A stretch of DNA of 64,000 bases from an uncultured Nitrospiraceae bacterium (lineage in GTDB: Bacteria; Nitrospirota; Thermodesulfovibrionia; Thermodesulfovibrionales; UBA6898): the NCBI GenBank assembly GCA_963811165.1, contig CAWEQH010000008.1:577926-641925 (forward strand). Reading direction: 5' to 3'. Below the pieces are notes generated by a model, which ran no database searches, was not told the DNA's origin, and saw nothing but the letters and a program-made list of their open reading frames with translations. A program made the position numbers and the translations under genes. Below, piece by piece: positions 23,417-33,284 of the stretch; the stretch's first letter is position 1; every line of letters starts with the position of its first letter.

Positions 23417-26400
23417 CGTTTTCTCCGGTTTTTCTTTGTATCTCAGCCTCGAACCTTTCGTCGAGGAGATGTTTTGAAGGCAGCTTTTTGCGCATCAGGG
23501 AATAAATGACCGGCACGATAAACAGCGTCACAAACGTAGCCAGGAGGAGACCGCCTATTACTGCCCGGCCCAGCGGCGCATTCTGCTCGCCCGCCTCGCC
23601 CATTGCAAATGCCATCGGCAGCATGCCGATGATCATGGCAAGGGCGGTCATCACCACGGGGCGAAGCCTGGTCTTTCCCGCCTCGATCGCTGCCTCCTCA
23701 GGAGGCAGACCCTTTTCCACCCTGACGTCGTTGGCGAAACTGACCAGGAGGATGGAGTTCGCAGTCGCAATTCCGACCGCCATGATCGAACCCATGAGGG
23801 ATTCAACATTTATCGTTGTGCCTGTGAGGGCGAGCATCCAAAGTATTCCGATCAATGCGCCCGGCACCGCCATCATGATGATAAATGGATCGAGCCATGA
23901 CTGGAACAGGACCACCATAAGAAAATAGACGAGGATGATTGCGAGGACCAGCCCCAGGGCCAGACTCCTGAAAGACTGATACATCACCTCGGTTTGGCCG
24001 CGGAGGGTTATGCGTATGCCGGGCGGCAGGGGTTTTAAAGAGGCGATCTTTTTCTCTATCTCGGCAGCGACCGAACCGAGGTCGCGGCCTTCCACGTCCG
24101 CCTCGGTGTCCAGCACGCGCTGGACGGTATAGTGCGTGATATTTTCAGCACTCACCGAGTGAGAAATGACGGCCAGGTCTGCAAGCGTCTGCGAGCCCGC
24201 CTGCGGCCGGTCCGAGGGGGAAGGGATGACCGAAGGCTGAAGCAAGGCTGTTTGCAGGGGAGTGGTCAGCGGTATAGTATGGAGAGTCCCGAAGGAATTA
24301 ATGCGCTCGGGCGGTATCTGGACCGCGACGCTATAGTTTACGTTATTTGCAGGATTTAGGAAAAAAGACGGGGCAACAAGGGCACTGGATGAAAGTGCGA
24401 TGAGTGCGTTGTTCGCCACATCGCGCTCGCTCAGTCCGAGCCTTGCGGCGCGGGCGCGGTCGACATCTACCTGCAGGGACGGGTAATCGAGGACCTGGTT
24501 TATATGCACGTCTACGGCCCCGGGTATTTGCCTCATAGCGTCCCGCATCTTAAGGGCATATGCATACGAACGGTTGAAATCCGCGCCCTCTATCTGGACA
24601 TCGAGCGGGGAGGTGAGACCGAAATTCAGGACCTGCGTCACGATGTCGGCGGCCTGAAAATAGAAACGAGATCCGGGGAACGCCCGGGGAAGGACCTCGC
24701 GTATCTTCTGCCTGTAAAAGGCGGTGGGACGATGCCCTTTTTTCAGCGCGATGAGGACCTCGGCGTCCATCCCCCCGATGTTTTCGGTCTGGACGAAGGC
24801 CATGTTGTAGAAGATAGGTACTCCTATCATAGCGTTTACCGTCTCGATCTCATCGGCGGGGATGATCTCGCGGATCTTATTTTCGACTTCAGCGATCAGG
24901 TCTTCCGTCTCCTCGATGCGCGTCCCCGAAGGCGCCCGGAAGTGGAGCTTCATCAACCCTGCATCCACCGAGGGGAAAAAATCCGTCCCGATGAAAAAGA
25001 CAAGCGCTATACTTATTAAGACCAGGATGCCGGAGACTATCAGGGTAAAAGGGCGGTGGCGCATTATTGTTCCGAGGGCGCTGCCGTACGCGCCTTGAAG
25101 CCTGGCGTATCCAGTGAGCCTCCAGTGTTCCAGCTTGACTGCAAGCCGGCCCAAAGATCCCGATGTCTTGGTTTTTTCTTCGGTCTCTTTCCTATGCTGT
25201 TCCCTCCCCAGGAGCATGCGCGACAGGACCGGGACGAGTGTCCGCGACAGGACGTATGATGCCAGCATCGCCGACACTACCGCAAGCGCCAGGGGCGTGA
25301 AGAGGTATTTTGCCGCCCCGTAGAGGAGCACCACAGGGAAAAAGACGACGCAGATCGACAGTGTCGAGACGATCGCAGGCACCGCAATCTGGCTTGAGCC
25401 GTCTAAGACGGCATTGGTCAGGGGCTTCCCTAAAGCGAGGTTCCTGTGGATGTTTTCGACCGCGACAGTGGCGTCATCGACGAGCATACCTATTGCAAGC
25501 GCGAGCCCGCCGAGGGTCATGATATTGATGCTCTGGCCCGCAAGGTTCATGCATATGACCGCGACGAAGATCGAAAGGGGGATAGAGGTTGAGACCACTA
25601 CCATGCTCCTCCAGCTGCCGAGAAAGATCAGGATCATGAGGGATACCAGTATCGAAGCCAGGACCGCCTCCCTGACCACCCCCTCGATGGCACCTCGCAC
25701 AAAGATCGACTGGTCGAAGTCGATCTTCAGTTCCAGTCCCTCCGGGGCCGCTGCCTTGATAGAGGGCAGCGCTTCCCTCGTCGAGTCCACCACAGCAAGT
25801 GTCGATGCGTCGGCATGCTTAAGTAGGGCAAGGTACGTGGCCCTTCTGCCGTTTACCCTTACTATGTTCGTCTGTTCAGCGAAACTGTCGGAAACCCTGG
25901 CGACATCGCCCAGATATACGGTGGCGGTCCCGACGACCTTAACAGGGATATGGTTAAACTGGTCCAGGATGCGGGGGCTTGCGTTGGTCAGAACATTGTA
26001 CTCTGTCCCCCCCATGCGGGCGGTCCCGGCCGGTATTATGACGTTTGATGTCTGGAGCGCATTTACGACGTCGGCCGCCGAAAGGCCCCTTGAGGTGAGC
26101 GCGCCCGGATCGACATCGATCATGATCTGCCGGTTTTTTCCGCCGAAGGGTGCGGGAATCGAGAGACCGGGTATCGTAAAGAGCCTCACGCGAATGAAGT
26201 TAAGACCGTAGTCGAAGATCTGTTCCTCGGGAAGGGTGTTGCTTGAGGCCGTTAATTGCGCCACCGGGACATTCGAGGCGTTGTACTGAACGATTACAGG
26301 GGGCTGCATGCCCGGAGGCGCGATCCTCAGGATCGTGCTCGACACCGAAGATATCTGGGATATCGCCGCACCTATGTCGCTGCCCGGCTGGAAATAGACC

Positions 26401-26678
26401 TTTAGCAGGCCCACCCCTGGGATCGACTGGGACTCTATGCGCTGGATGCCGTTTACCGTTGTCGAATACGCCCTTTCGCTGATGAGGACTACCCTCCGTT
26501 CCATGTCCTCCGGCGAGAGGCCGGGATAGTTCCATACGACTATCACGACAGGTATATCGATTGCCGGGAAGATATCGACGATCATCCGGGTGGCCGAAAG
26601 GGCGCCCAGTACAAGGATCAGGAGCGCCATCACCGCAACCGTGTAAGGCCGCCGGAGTGCAAGCCTGACTATCCACAT
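23400..26678 (-). CDS. RND efflux permease (AcrB/AcrD/AcrF family)
   Basis: 1092 aa; GMLVDDATVAVENI and RLRPVVMTA motifs. Confidence 0.95.
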   Translation of the reverse strand: MWIVRLALRRPYTVAVMALLILVLGALSATRMIVDIFPAIDIPVVIVVWNYPGLSPEDMERRVVLISERAYSTTVNGIQRIESQSIPGVGLLKVYFQPGSDIGAAISQISSVSSTILRIAPPGMQPPVIVQYNASNVPVAQLTASSNTLPEEQIFDYGLNFIRVRLFTIPGLSIPAPFGGKNRQIMIDVDPGALTSRGLSAADVVNALQTSNVIIPAGTARMGGTEYNVLTNASPRILDQFNHIPVKVVGTATVYLGDVARVSDSFAEQTNIVRVNGRRATYLALLKHADASTLAVVDSTREALPSIKAAAPEGLELKIDFDQSIFVRGAIEGVVREAVLASILVSLMILIFLGSWRSMVVVSTSIPLSIFVAVICMNLAGQSINIMTLGGLALAIGMLVDDATVAVENIHRNLALGKPLTNAVLDGSSQIAVPAIVSTLSICVVFFPVVLLYGAAKYLFTPLALAVVSAMLASYVLSRTLVPVLSRMLLGREQHRKETEEKTKTSGSLGRLAVKLEHWRLTGYARLQGAYGSALGTIMRHRPFTLIVSGILVLISIALVFFIGTDFFPSVDAGLMKLHFRAPSGTRIEETEDLIAEVENKIREIIPADEIETVNAMIGVPIFYNMAFVQTENIGGMDAEVLIALKKGHRPTAFYRQKIREVLPRAFPGSRFYFQAADIVTQVLNFGLTSPLDVQIEGADFNRSYAYALKMRDAMRQIPGAVDVHINQVLDYPSLQVDVDRARAARLGLSERDVANNALIALSSSALVAPSFFLNPANNVNYSVAVQIPPERINSFGTLHTIPLTTPLQTALLQPSVIPSPSDRPQAGSQTLADLAVISHSVSAENITHYTVQRVLDTEADVEGRDLGSVAAEIEKKIASLKPLPPGIRITLRGQTEVMYQSFRSLALGLVLAIILVYFLMVVLFQSWLDPFIIMMAVPGALIGILWMLALTGTTINVESLMGSIMAVGIATANSILLVSFANDVRVEKGLPPEEAAIEAGKTRLRPVVMTALAMIIGMLPMAFAMGEAGEQNAPLGRAVIGGLLLATFVTLFIVPVIYSLMRKKLPSKHLLDERFEAEIQRKTGENDEERS

Positions 26679-26914
26679 ATGACTTCGGCCTCAGCCGGGA
26701 GTGCGAAGGGTCCTTTCATAATATTTTTTCCGAACGTCTCCATAGCTACATCTTAGCTGGTTACCACGTTTCGTCAACACTATGGTGATGAACCGGGGGC
26801 ACCCCTTTGAAACCGGGTCATAACACTTACAGAAGGTCAGGTATTTTGTGTGCTGAAGGTTAAAGGGTGCACAGGAGGCATGCTAGTGTGGCATGAACCG
26901 CATGCCCCCAGAGA

Positions 26915-28158
26915 TTAACGTCTCCCCCCGCCAAAGGAACCTCCTCCTCTTCCACCGCCGCCGAAGGAGCCCCTCATCCCGCCGAAGGAACCGCTGCTGA
27001 ACCTTCCCCCGGCCGAAGGAGCGCTGAACGATCTAAAGCCGCCGGCAGGCGAGGTGAATGACCTGCCTCCCGTGGACGGCGTGAAATTCTGCGTCCTGTA
27101 AGCGGGCTGAGTGAACGTCCGGCCCTGACCTGAAGACGGCACAAAGGTATGCGGCGCTCTATAGGTGCCCTGAGTGAATGACCTGCGGCCGTTGAAGTTT
27201 GAACTCCCGTACGTCCTTGTTGTCGGAGCCAAGCCCCCGGTTACTGTCCTTCTGCCTGCAGTTGAAACAGAAGCCGTGCTATGGGAAGGCGAACGGGAAA
27301 TCCCATTTCCGACGCTATTGACCCTTGCCGGTGCAAACGTCCTGCTGTGTGTCATGATGGATTGTGCACTGCTCCTTGCGGAAGGGCTCGTCCATCCTCT
27401 CGTGCCGCCCCTGTCCCCAAAAATCCCTCCATGGGCCCTGTGTGCAGGGTCGATACGCGACATCCTCCCGGTTGAGGGATCGCGGAAATGGTTGCTGATA
27501 AATTCCCTGTCCCCATGGTCGTGATGATGCCCATGTCCATGGTGCCCGTGGAACCCTATATCAAAATCCGCCAGTACAAAGAACCCCGGGAACCAGAAAT
27601 CCCACCACCAAAACGGATATGGTACCCAGCTATAAAGGTATGCATAATCTGCGGGAGGTGCATAGTAGGTGACTACGGGGGGCCCCTCGTCGTAATAGTG
27701 TCGTTCATTGCCTCAGCGTCGGGGTAATCCGCGGGAGAGGCAATATTCGCCGTAGGGTTTGAGATGCCCGCAGTGAGAGACATGTTATACGCGGCCATCA
27801 CATCCTCAAATGCCTTCACCGCAGAATCCTTTGTTTCGGGTATTTTGCCTGCAGCTGCAGCATCTCCGATAGAAGCCTGCAATTCACCGGCGATATCCGG
27901 CGTAACCGGGTAATCGGCGATCCAGCCGTTTTTCGGTGCAATGCCGACCGCGCTTAACGAACTTTCGGCCTCAGCCTCGTTTGTGGCCGGCCCCACCTTC
28001 AGGGCATTTGCAAGTTTGGTTGCAAAAGTGCCTTCCCTTACCAGGGGCTGTGAAAGCGGGGGAGTGGCTGTTGCCGTCTGGGCGGACTGGGCAACCGCCA
28101 TGGCCGGCATCATAACCAGAGCTATAATAATTGTTGCCACCACGACTAAGCTTTTCAT
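26915..28158 (-). CDS. Exported protein with aromatic/His-rich core and Gly/Ser/Arg-rich tail; frameshift near 27695
   Basis: Signal-peptide ORF 28158-27673 continues after one indel as YYDEGPPVVTYYAPP..WVPYPFWWWDFWFPGFF..HGHHGHGHHH into ORF 27463-26915. Confidence 0.65.
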
Positions 28159-28472
28159 TTTTCTCCACCTCTTTCCACACTCTTCACATGAAAACGCACC
28201 TCTTATTTATAAGATGGAACAATGCCGGAATAATCGCAAAGTCTTAACTATAGAGGAAAGCCCCAATTAAGGCTGTTTCGGCAGCTAAAAGGTGAAAGGC
28301 AGAAAAAATTGCGCTTTCTCCCGCAAGATATCGCCCCAGCTCACGCTATGTCGCATCCGGGTCGACCGGAAAACGGAACTTGTTGATAACCTTCGCAATG
28401 AAGTGAAGTCCTTCACATTTTCTTCAAAGTGATCTTTCATACTGAGCTAAATTAAAGAGGGAGGACAATGAC

Positions 28473-29009
28473 ATGAAAAAAGAAAAATTGGTTTTTTTAG
28501 CCGTTGCTTTATCGCTTCTTTTTGTAACAGCTTTTTCAGTCAGGAGTGAAGCCGGGGTAAGTATAGGCATAGGGATCAATGTCCCCGCCTTCAGGTTTTC
28601 CGCGCCGCCTCCCTTGGTGGTAATACCCGGGACATACGCTTATTATGCTCCCGATGCGGATGTGGACGTTGTCTTTTATCACGGCTTCTGGTACCGTCCC
28701 TATGAGGGCCGCTGGTATCGTGGCAGGGGGTATAACGGCCCGTGGATCAATCTTGCCCCTGCGAGGGTACCAAGCGTCCTCTTAGAACTGCCGCCCGATT
28801 TTCGGCATGTGTATGCCGGACAAGAGCGTATACCCTATGGAGATTTCCACAGGAACTGGAGGAGATGGGAGAAGGACAGGTACTGGGAGAGGAACGAACG
28901 ATGGAAGGAGGGGTTACATCGTGAACGGCGGGATGAAAGAAGAGAGGATAGAAGGGAAGGCAAAGGAGAGAGGCGCGAAGAGCACAGGGAGGGGGGAGGA
29001 CGGTATTAG
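28473..29009 (+). CDS. Exported hypothetical protein (Trp/Tyr-rich core, Arg/Glu tail)
   Basis: RBS GGAGG, signal peptide, VSIGIGINVP..PPPLVVIPGTY. Confidence 0.75.
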   Translation: MKKEKLVFLAVALSLLFVTAFSVRSEAGVSIGIGINVPAFRFSAPPPLVVIPGTYAYYAPDADVDVVFYHGFWYRPYEGRWYRGRGYNGPWINLAPARVPSVLLELPPDFRHVYAGQERIPYGDFHRNWRRWEKDRYWERNERWKEGLHRERRDERREDRREGKGERREEHREGGGRY

Positions 29010-29256
29010 AAGAGGCGACGGATATTGGCCCATGGTTTTGACTTCAACGCCTGCATCTTTCGCAGTATTCAAATGATACCCCATAAGGGGCCGCCAACGC
29101 GGCCCCTTATGGTGTAGTGGGTTTCTCTCCCATCCCCTTTCCATACCATTTGTCGTCCGGGTGAGTCTTCCGACCTTCGTCGCACTTCTGAGTTTCACCG
29201 GACTTTTTCAACCCTCGGTCGCGAAAATGGTATTCTTTATAAGAGGGTTTCGGTTT

Positions 29257-30174
29257 ATGTCAAAGAAAAGGATCTTTTCATCCATAGTATTTCTTCTGGG
29301 CGTGCTTTCGGCCGTGTCTTCTTATGCAGGGCAACTTACCTTGCAAGACGAAAAGGTGATTGTCCGGTTCGATGACCACCTTCAAAATGCTGCGAAAGAG
29401 ATAGCCGGTCTTTATCCGTCTGTCCGGGCGGAACTGAAGAAGGACCTTGGATGGGAAACCGATTTCCGCGCCGAGATCGTAGTGATGAAAGACAGCGCAT
29501 CTTTCAGAAGGGTCTCGGGAAGTGATCTCGTGACCGCCTTCGCCGTCCCCAAAGAGGATCTCATCGTGATCGATTACTCGAAAATGGGGGTCCACCCCTT
29601 CACCACCGATGTGACACTGAAACATGAATTGTGTCATCTGGAACTTCATCATCATATCGCCGGGGAGAGGCTCCCGAGATGGCTCGATGAAGGGATTTGC
29701 CAGTGGGTCACAGGAGGCCTGGCCGAGATAATAAGTGAGGGGAGCCGTTCTGTTTTGAGGGATGCCGCCCTCTCGAACGGGTTGATAAGCATCGAAAGGT
29801 TGACCCAAAATTTTCCATCTGACGGCAGAGACCTCCTCCTTGCGTACGAAGAAAGCAAGAGCATAGTCGACTATATAAAAGAGAAGTTTGGCGTTTCAGG
29901 GATCCGGGGCATATTGGATCAGATGGGCCGGGGCGATGACCTGGACGACGCCGTCCGGAAGACCCTTTTGATATCCCCTGACGAACTTGAGAAGCAATGG
30001 AGATCGTCTATCTCAAGAAAGAACCTTTGGCCCACCTACATGCGGGATAACCTGTATGAGATACTTTTTTTATTTGCGGCCTTGAGCACTGTCTGTGGAT
30101 TTTTCAGGGCGCTTAGAAAGAGGCAGAAATATAAGGATGAAGACGAAGAGTACAGAGATGAAGGGGATACTTAG
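29257..30174 (+). CDS. Peptidase MA-family metallohydrolase
   Basis: Signal peptide, HELCH...PRWLDEG, C-terminal TM. Confidence 0.8.
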   Translation: MSKKRIFSSIVFLLGVLSAVSSYAGQLTLQDEKVIVRFDDHLQNAAKEIAGLYPSVRAELKKDLGWETDFRAEIVVMKDSASFRRVSGSDLVTAFAVPKEDLIVIDYSKMGVHPFTTDVTLKHELCHLELHHHIAGERLPRWLDEGICQWVTGGLAEIISEGSRSVLRDAALSNGLISIERLTQNFPSDGRDLLLAYEESKSIVDYIKEKFGVSGIRGILDQMGRGDDLDDAVRKTLLISPDELEKQWRSSISRKNLWPTYMRDNLYEILFLFAALSTVCGFFRALRKRQKYKDEDEEYRDEGDT

Positions 30175-30494
30175 GCTGGCGAGAAGTACTGAGGTCAAAA
30201 AAATAAGAAGTACAATACCTTGGGTTCAGGGTATGCTTAGAGTCTTTTTTAGTGGTTGCTTTGGAAGATGCTTTAGGCTTCCCCCTCGCTGCTGGAGGCT
30301 TGCTCACCACATCTCACTCCTGCACCCTAACACAATGACTTAGTTCTAAGCCTTAACCCATCCCAAGGCATTGACCTCTTCTTGATTTCATCCTGGCACG
30401 ATTCCATATGGTTGTCAAGAATATTTTGGGGGATATGCTCAGCATCAGCAAAATATTGTGGAAAGATCCCTTTTCTCCCGATAAACTACCGGGA

Positions 30495-30707
30495 TCATAC
30501 TCCTCAAGATCCTCCGTAGCCTATCGATACTTTTCCCCCTTCAACAATGACCGGAACATTCCTGGCACCCTTGGAATGCAGGAGCATTTCCTCAAGTTTT
30601 GAAGGGTCTCGTTTTACGTCAAAATATTGAGCTGTCCTGTAGACTGACCTAGCCTTTTCGGTATAGGGTCAGCCAGCCTTGCCATAGATTATTGCCGTTT
30701 CCGCCAT
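30495..30707 (-). CDS. Glutaredoxin-like UXX-star selenoprotein (70 aa, Sec13 and Sec68)
   Basis: RBS GGAGG; MAETAIIYGKAG-UGA-PYTEKARSVY...NVPVIVEGGKVSIGYGGS-UGA-GV-stop. UGA codons at 30671-30669 and 30506-30504, with hairpins 3' of both. Confidence 0.85.
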
Positions 30708-30733
30708 AAGTATTCCTCCCAAAAAAACACAAT

Positions 30734-30889
30734 AAAAAAAGTGGGGTTTGCTTCTTCTCCTTCCCAGCGGTTTGAACATCTCGTGACCCATTGCCCGAAA
30801 GGTATTCCCTCCAGGCGCTACGTCCTTTTGTCCTAAACCTGTCTGCCGGGTTGGGAAGAGCAAAACCACCACTTAGTGTGCTTGCCTTC
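30734..30889 (-). ncRNA. Rod-like structured RNA (leader/attenuator or 6S-like ncRNA)
   Basis: 5' and 3' ends pair along the whole length, a U7 tract follows, and a consensus promoter precedes it. Confidence 0.55.
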
Positions 30890-30895
30890 AATTTA

Positions 30896-30924
30896 TTTAT
30901 AGTACTTTTTTGGGGAGATGTCAA
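30896..30924 (-). promoter_or_regulatory. Sigma70 promoter TTGACA-N17-TATAAA
   Basis: Near-consensus boxes with 17-bp spacing. Confidence 0.75.
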
Positions 30925-30952
30925 GAATCATCAGTTACAGAATCATCAGTTA

Positions 30953-30994
30953 TTGGTAGTGACTCATTTTGAAATCAAAATGAGTCACTACCAA
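30953..30994. repeat. Perfect 20-bp inverted repeat with 2-nt spacer
   Basis: TTGGTAGTGACTCATTTTGA-aa-TCAAAATGAGTCACTACCAA. Confidence 0.85.
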
Positions 30995-31156
30995 GTTATT
31001 TTCGAGCCCCACGGATAGGTCTTCCCAGATCTTATTTAAATCCTATTGGAATTATGATAATTTTTTATTTCCGGCAAGTTGTTTTGTGATTTTTTTTATT
31101 GACCTGCTAAAATAGGACCCTGCATCGCAGCAAGAATATAAAGGAGGAAATCGTAA

Positions 31157-31501
31157 ATGAAAAATGTAGCTGTTATTGGTTGTGGTTCGTACATGAATAG
31201 TGGATACGGCTGTCCTGGGGAATGGAGATGTCTGAAAGCAGCTTCACTTGGTGATGCCCACTATCAGGAAAAATCCAATGTGGTGGCGTTCTTTACCTGT
31301 GAATGTCCTGGTCGTACCGTCATCCCCAATATTGGGATGGCAATGAAGCTCTCAGAGATCAAACCCGATGTCATTCATCTGAGTTCCTGTCTGGCGAAAT
31401 CCAAGCCGGGATGCCCTTATACCAGCCCTGAAGAATTAGCCAAAATGATTGAAGAAAAGACAGGTATCAAGGTAGTCTTGGGGACACACGATTATCATTA
31501 A
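31157..31501 (+). CDS. CGGC-domain metal-binding protein
   Basis: IGC...CPGEWRCLKA...TCECPG...IHLSSC...CP...VVLGTH; RBS AGGAGG. Confidence 0.82.
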   Translation: MKNVAVIGCGSYMNSGYGCPGEWRCLKAASLGDAHYQEKSNVVAFFTCECPGRTVIPNIGMAMKLSEIKPDVIHLSSCLAKSKPGCPYTSPEELAKMIEEKTGIKVVLGTHDYH

Positions 31502-31622
31502 GAACATGCGGTGAGAGCTGGGGACAGCTCTTCTTGCTTTTCAAGACAGCGAAAATATGCTACCATCCCATTTTAAGGTGTCAGTAGATACATCCGGAGT
31601 CATTGTGAGCGGAAAATAGGCG

Positions 31623-32645
31623 ATGCATCATCAACGTATTGAAGGGATTGATTATATACGGGCCGTCATGTCTGTTTTTGTCGTCGTTTGGCATATGGCG
31701 GGCGGCGGACATTCGCTAATATTTTCAAAGGACAAATATCTTGAGCATGTATTTACACTGTCAGATTTCGTAAATTTTCATGTGTTGCTGCTGGCCGTCC
31801 CTTCATTTATTTTTGTATCGATGTTTCTCTACACTTTGAGGGGTGTGAACAATACAAATTTTAAAAAGCGTTTAAGACGGATATTGATTTTGCTAACATT
31901 CTGGCCGCTTGCGCTTCTCATATTCAAAAATAGCGTTTACAAGTTAATCTACTTAGTCCCACATTCTTTAAGCTCTTTTGCGATTATAGTGTTGTCGGCC
32001 GGGAACACCCCCTATTACTTCTTCGTCGGTTTACTAGTTTGCCTCTTAATGACGCACTTGATTGCAAAACTAAAACGTTGGGCTCAAATAGTAGGCTTTG
32101 TATCGTCGGCTATTTTTTTAGTCTGCCTGCCGGAACTTTCGAGAACTTCTGGCTATTATTCACTAAGCGCTTATTGGAGTTCACTAAATTTCATCCCCAT
32201 TCCTTTTGCTGCCGTACTAGTTGCTCAGAACATAGACTATGTGCGGTCAAAGATGACATCACTGGTGAGCGTTTCGCTTACCCTGTCTGTTCTCTTATCC
32301 ATTATTGAATGGAATTATTCAGTGGATGCCAATTTATTTCTTAGTCAGGTATTTGCTATCCCCGCATATGCGAGAGCGTCTTTAGTATTTTGTGTCATCG
32401 CATTAGCTGTATTAGCAACAGACCCAAGGATTAAGTCTATCGGCATCAGCAAATACATGGCGAAGTATTCATTAGCGCTTTATTGTGTTCATCCTTTTCT
32501 GATGGAGCCGGTAAGAGGCCTTGTAGCTGCAATTACAAAAAACGAAATGATTTTGATATACGCTTCAATTATTCTCGTTATATTATTCAGTTATGCGATA
32601 GCGATGATTCTCAGAATATACCTCAAAGAAGAAGTTATAATGTAG
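31623..32645 (+). CDS. Acyltransferase-3 (OafA-like) membrane protein
   Basis: RIEGIDYIRA...H, AVPSFIFVS, YSLALYCVHP; about ten TM segments; AT-rich. Confidence 0.82.
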   Translation: MHHQRIEGIDYIRAVMSVFVVVWHMAGGGHSLIFSKDKYLEHVFTLSDFVNFHVLLLAVPSFIFVSMFLYTLRGVNNTNFKKRLRRILILLTFWPLALLIFKNSVYKLIYLVPHSLSSFAIIVLSAGNTPYYFFVGLLVCLLMTHLIAKLKRWAQIVGFVSSAIFLVCLPELSRTSGYYSLSAYWSSLNFIPIPFAAVLVAQNIDYVRSKMTSLVSVSLTLSVLLSIIEWNYSVDANLFLSQVFAIPAYARASLVFCVIALAVLATDPRIKSIGISKYMAKYSLALYCVHPFLMEPVRGLVAAITKNEMILIYASIILVILFSYAIAMILRIYLKEEVIM

Positions 32646-32926
32646 TGGAGTTCCCGATCTCGGTGCGAAGCTTAAGAGAAGCTTTCGGAATGACATTGGA
32701 GAAAGCGGATATCAAGGATTTTCATTTTCACGATCTCAGACATACCTTTGCTACAAGGCTTGTTCAGAATGGTGTTGATCTTTATAAGGTCAAAGAACTG
32801 CTTGGTCATAAGACGATTGTCATGACCATGAGGTATGCACACCATTACCCTGAAAGTCTGAGATCAAGCATCGATATCCTTGATAATTGCTACAATTTTG
32901 CTACATTGAAGGTTCAAAGCGTTTGA
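32645..32926 (+). pseudogene. Tyrosine integrase C-terminal remnant
   Basis: FHDLRHTFATRL...ELLGHKTIVMTMRYAH; N-terminal part absent. Confidence 0.85.
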
Positions 32927-32959
32927 CCGGATGGGTAAAAATCATTTAATATCAAACAC

Positions 32960-33044
32960 GCGAGAGTGGCGGAACTGGCAGACGCGCTGGACTTAGGATC
33001 CAGTGGGGCAACCTGTAGGGGTTCAACTCCCCTCTCTCGCACCA
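32960..33044 (+). tRNA. tRNA-Leu (TAG)
   Basis: Cloverleaf with long variable arm, anticodon loop CTTAGGA, CCA end. Confidence 0.95.
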
Positions 33045-33284
33045 ACTCTTTGTTTCATAGGCTGTCAAAAAGATATTGCTTCAGTGACCTTGCCTGCATT
33101 ATATTGTCACAGCGCGAATAACTTCTTGGGGGGGAATCACACCTGCGGATTGAACGCCGAGGGTGCCGTAAGGTTCGGGGCCGCAATAAGGGATGAAAAG
33201 GAAAACTGTTCTAACCTCTTTGATAACCGCATCGATGGACCGACACATCCATAAAGGGAGTGCGCACATGTCCCAATGAGTAAA

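Noticed and set aside
17741..26678. Exporter cluster as a novel secretion system
   Set aside because: Ordinary MacAB-like and RND components; the missing TolC is commonly encoded elsewhere.
30113..30310. Lys-rich 65-aa minus-strand ORF
   Set aside because: It overlaps the peptidase 3' end and has no recognisable family; it cannot be supported, though a short basic peptide is not excluded.
30669..30872. ORF-track 67-aa ORF and the overlapping 91-aa ORF at 30649-30924
   Set aside because: They run through the structured RNA. The real gene starts at 30707 after a GGAGG RBS and reads through UGA.
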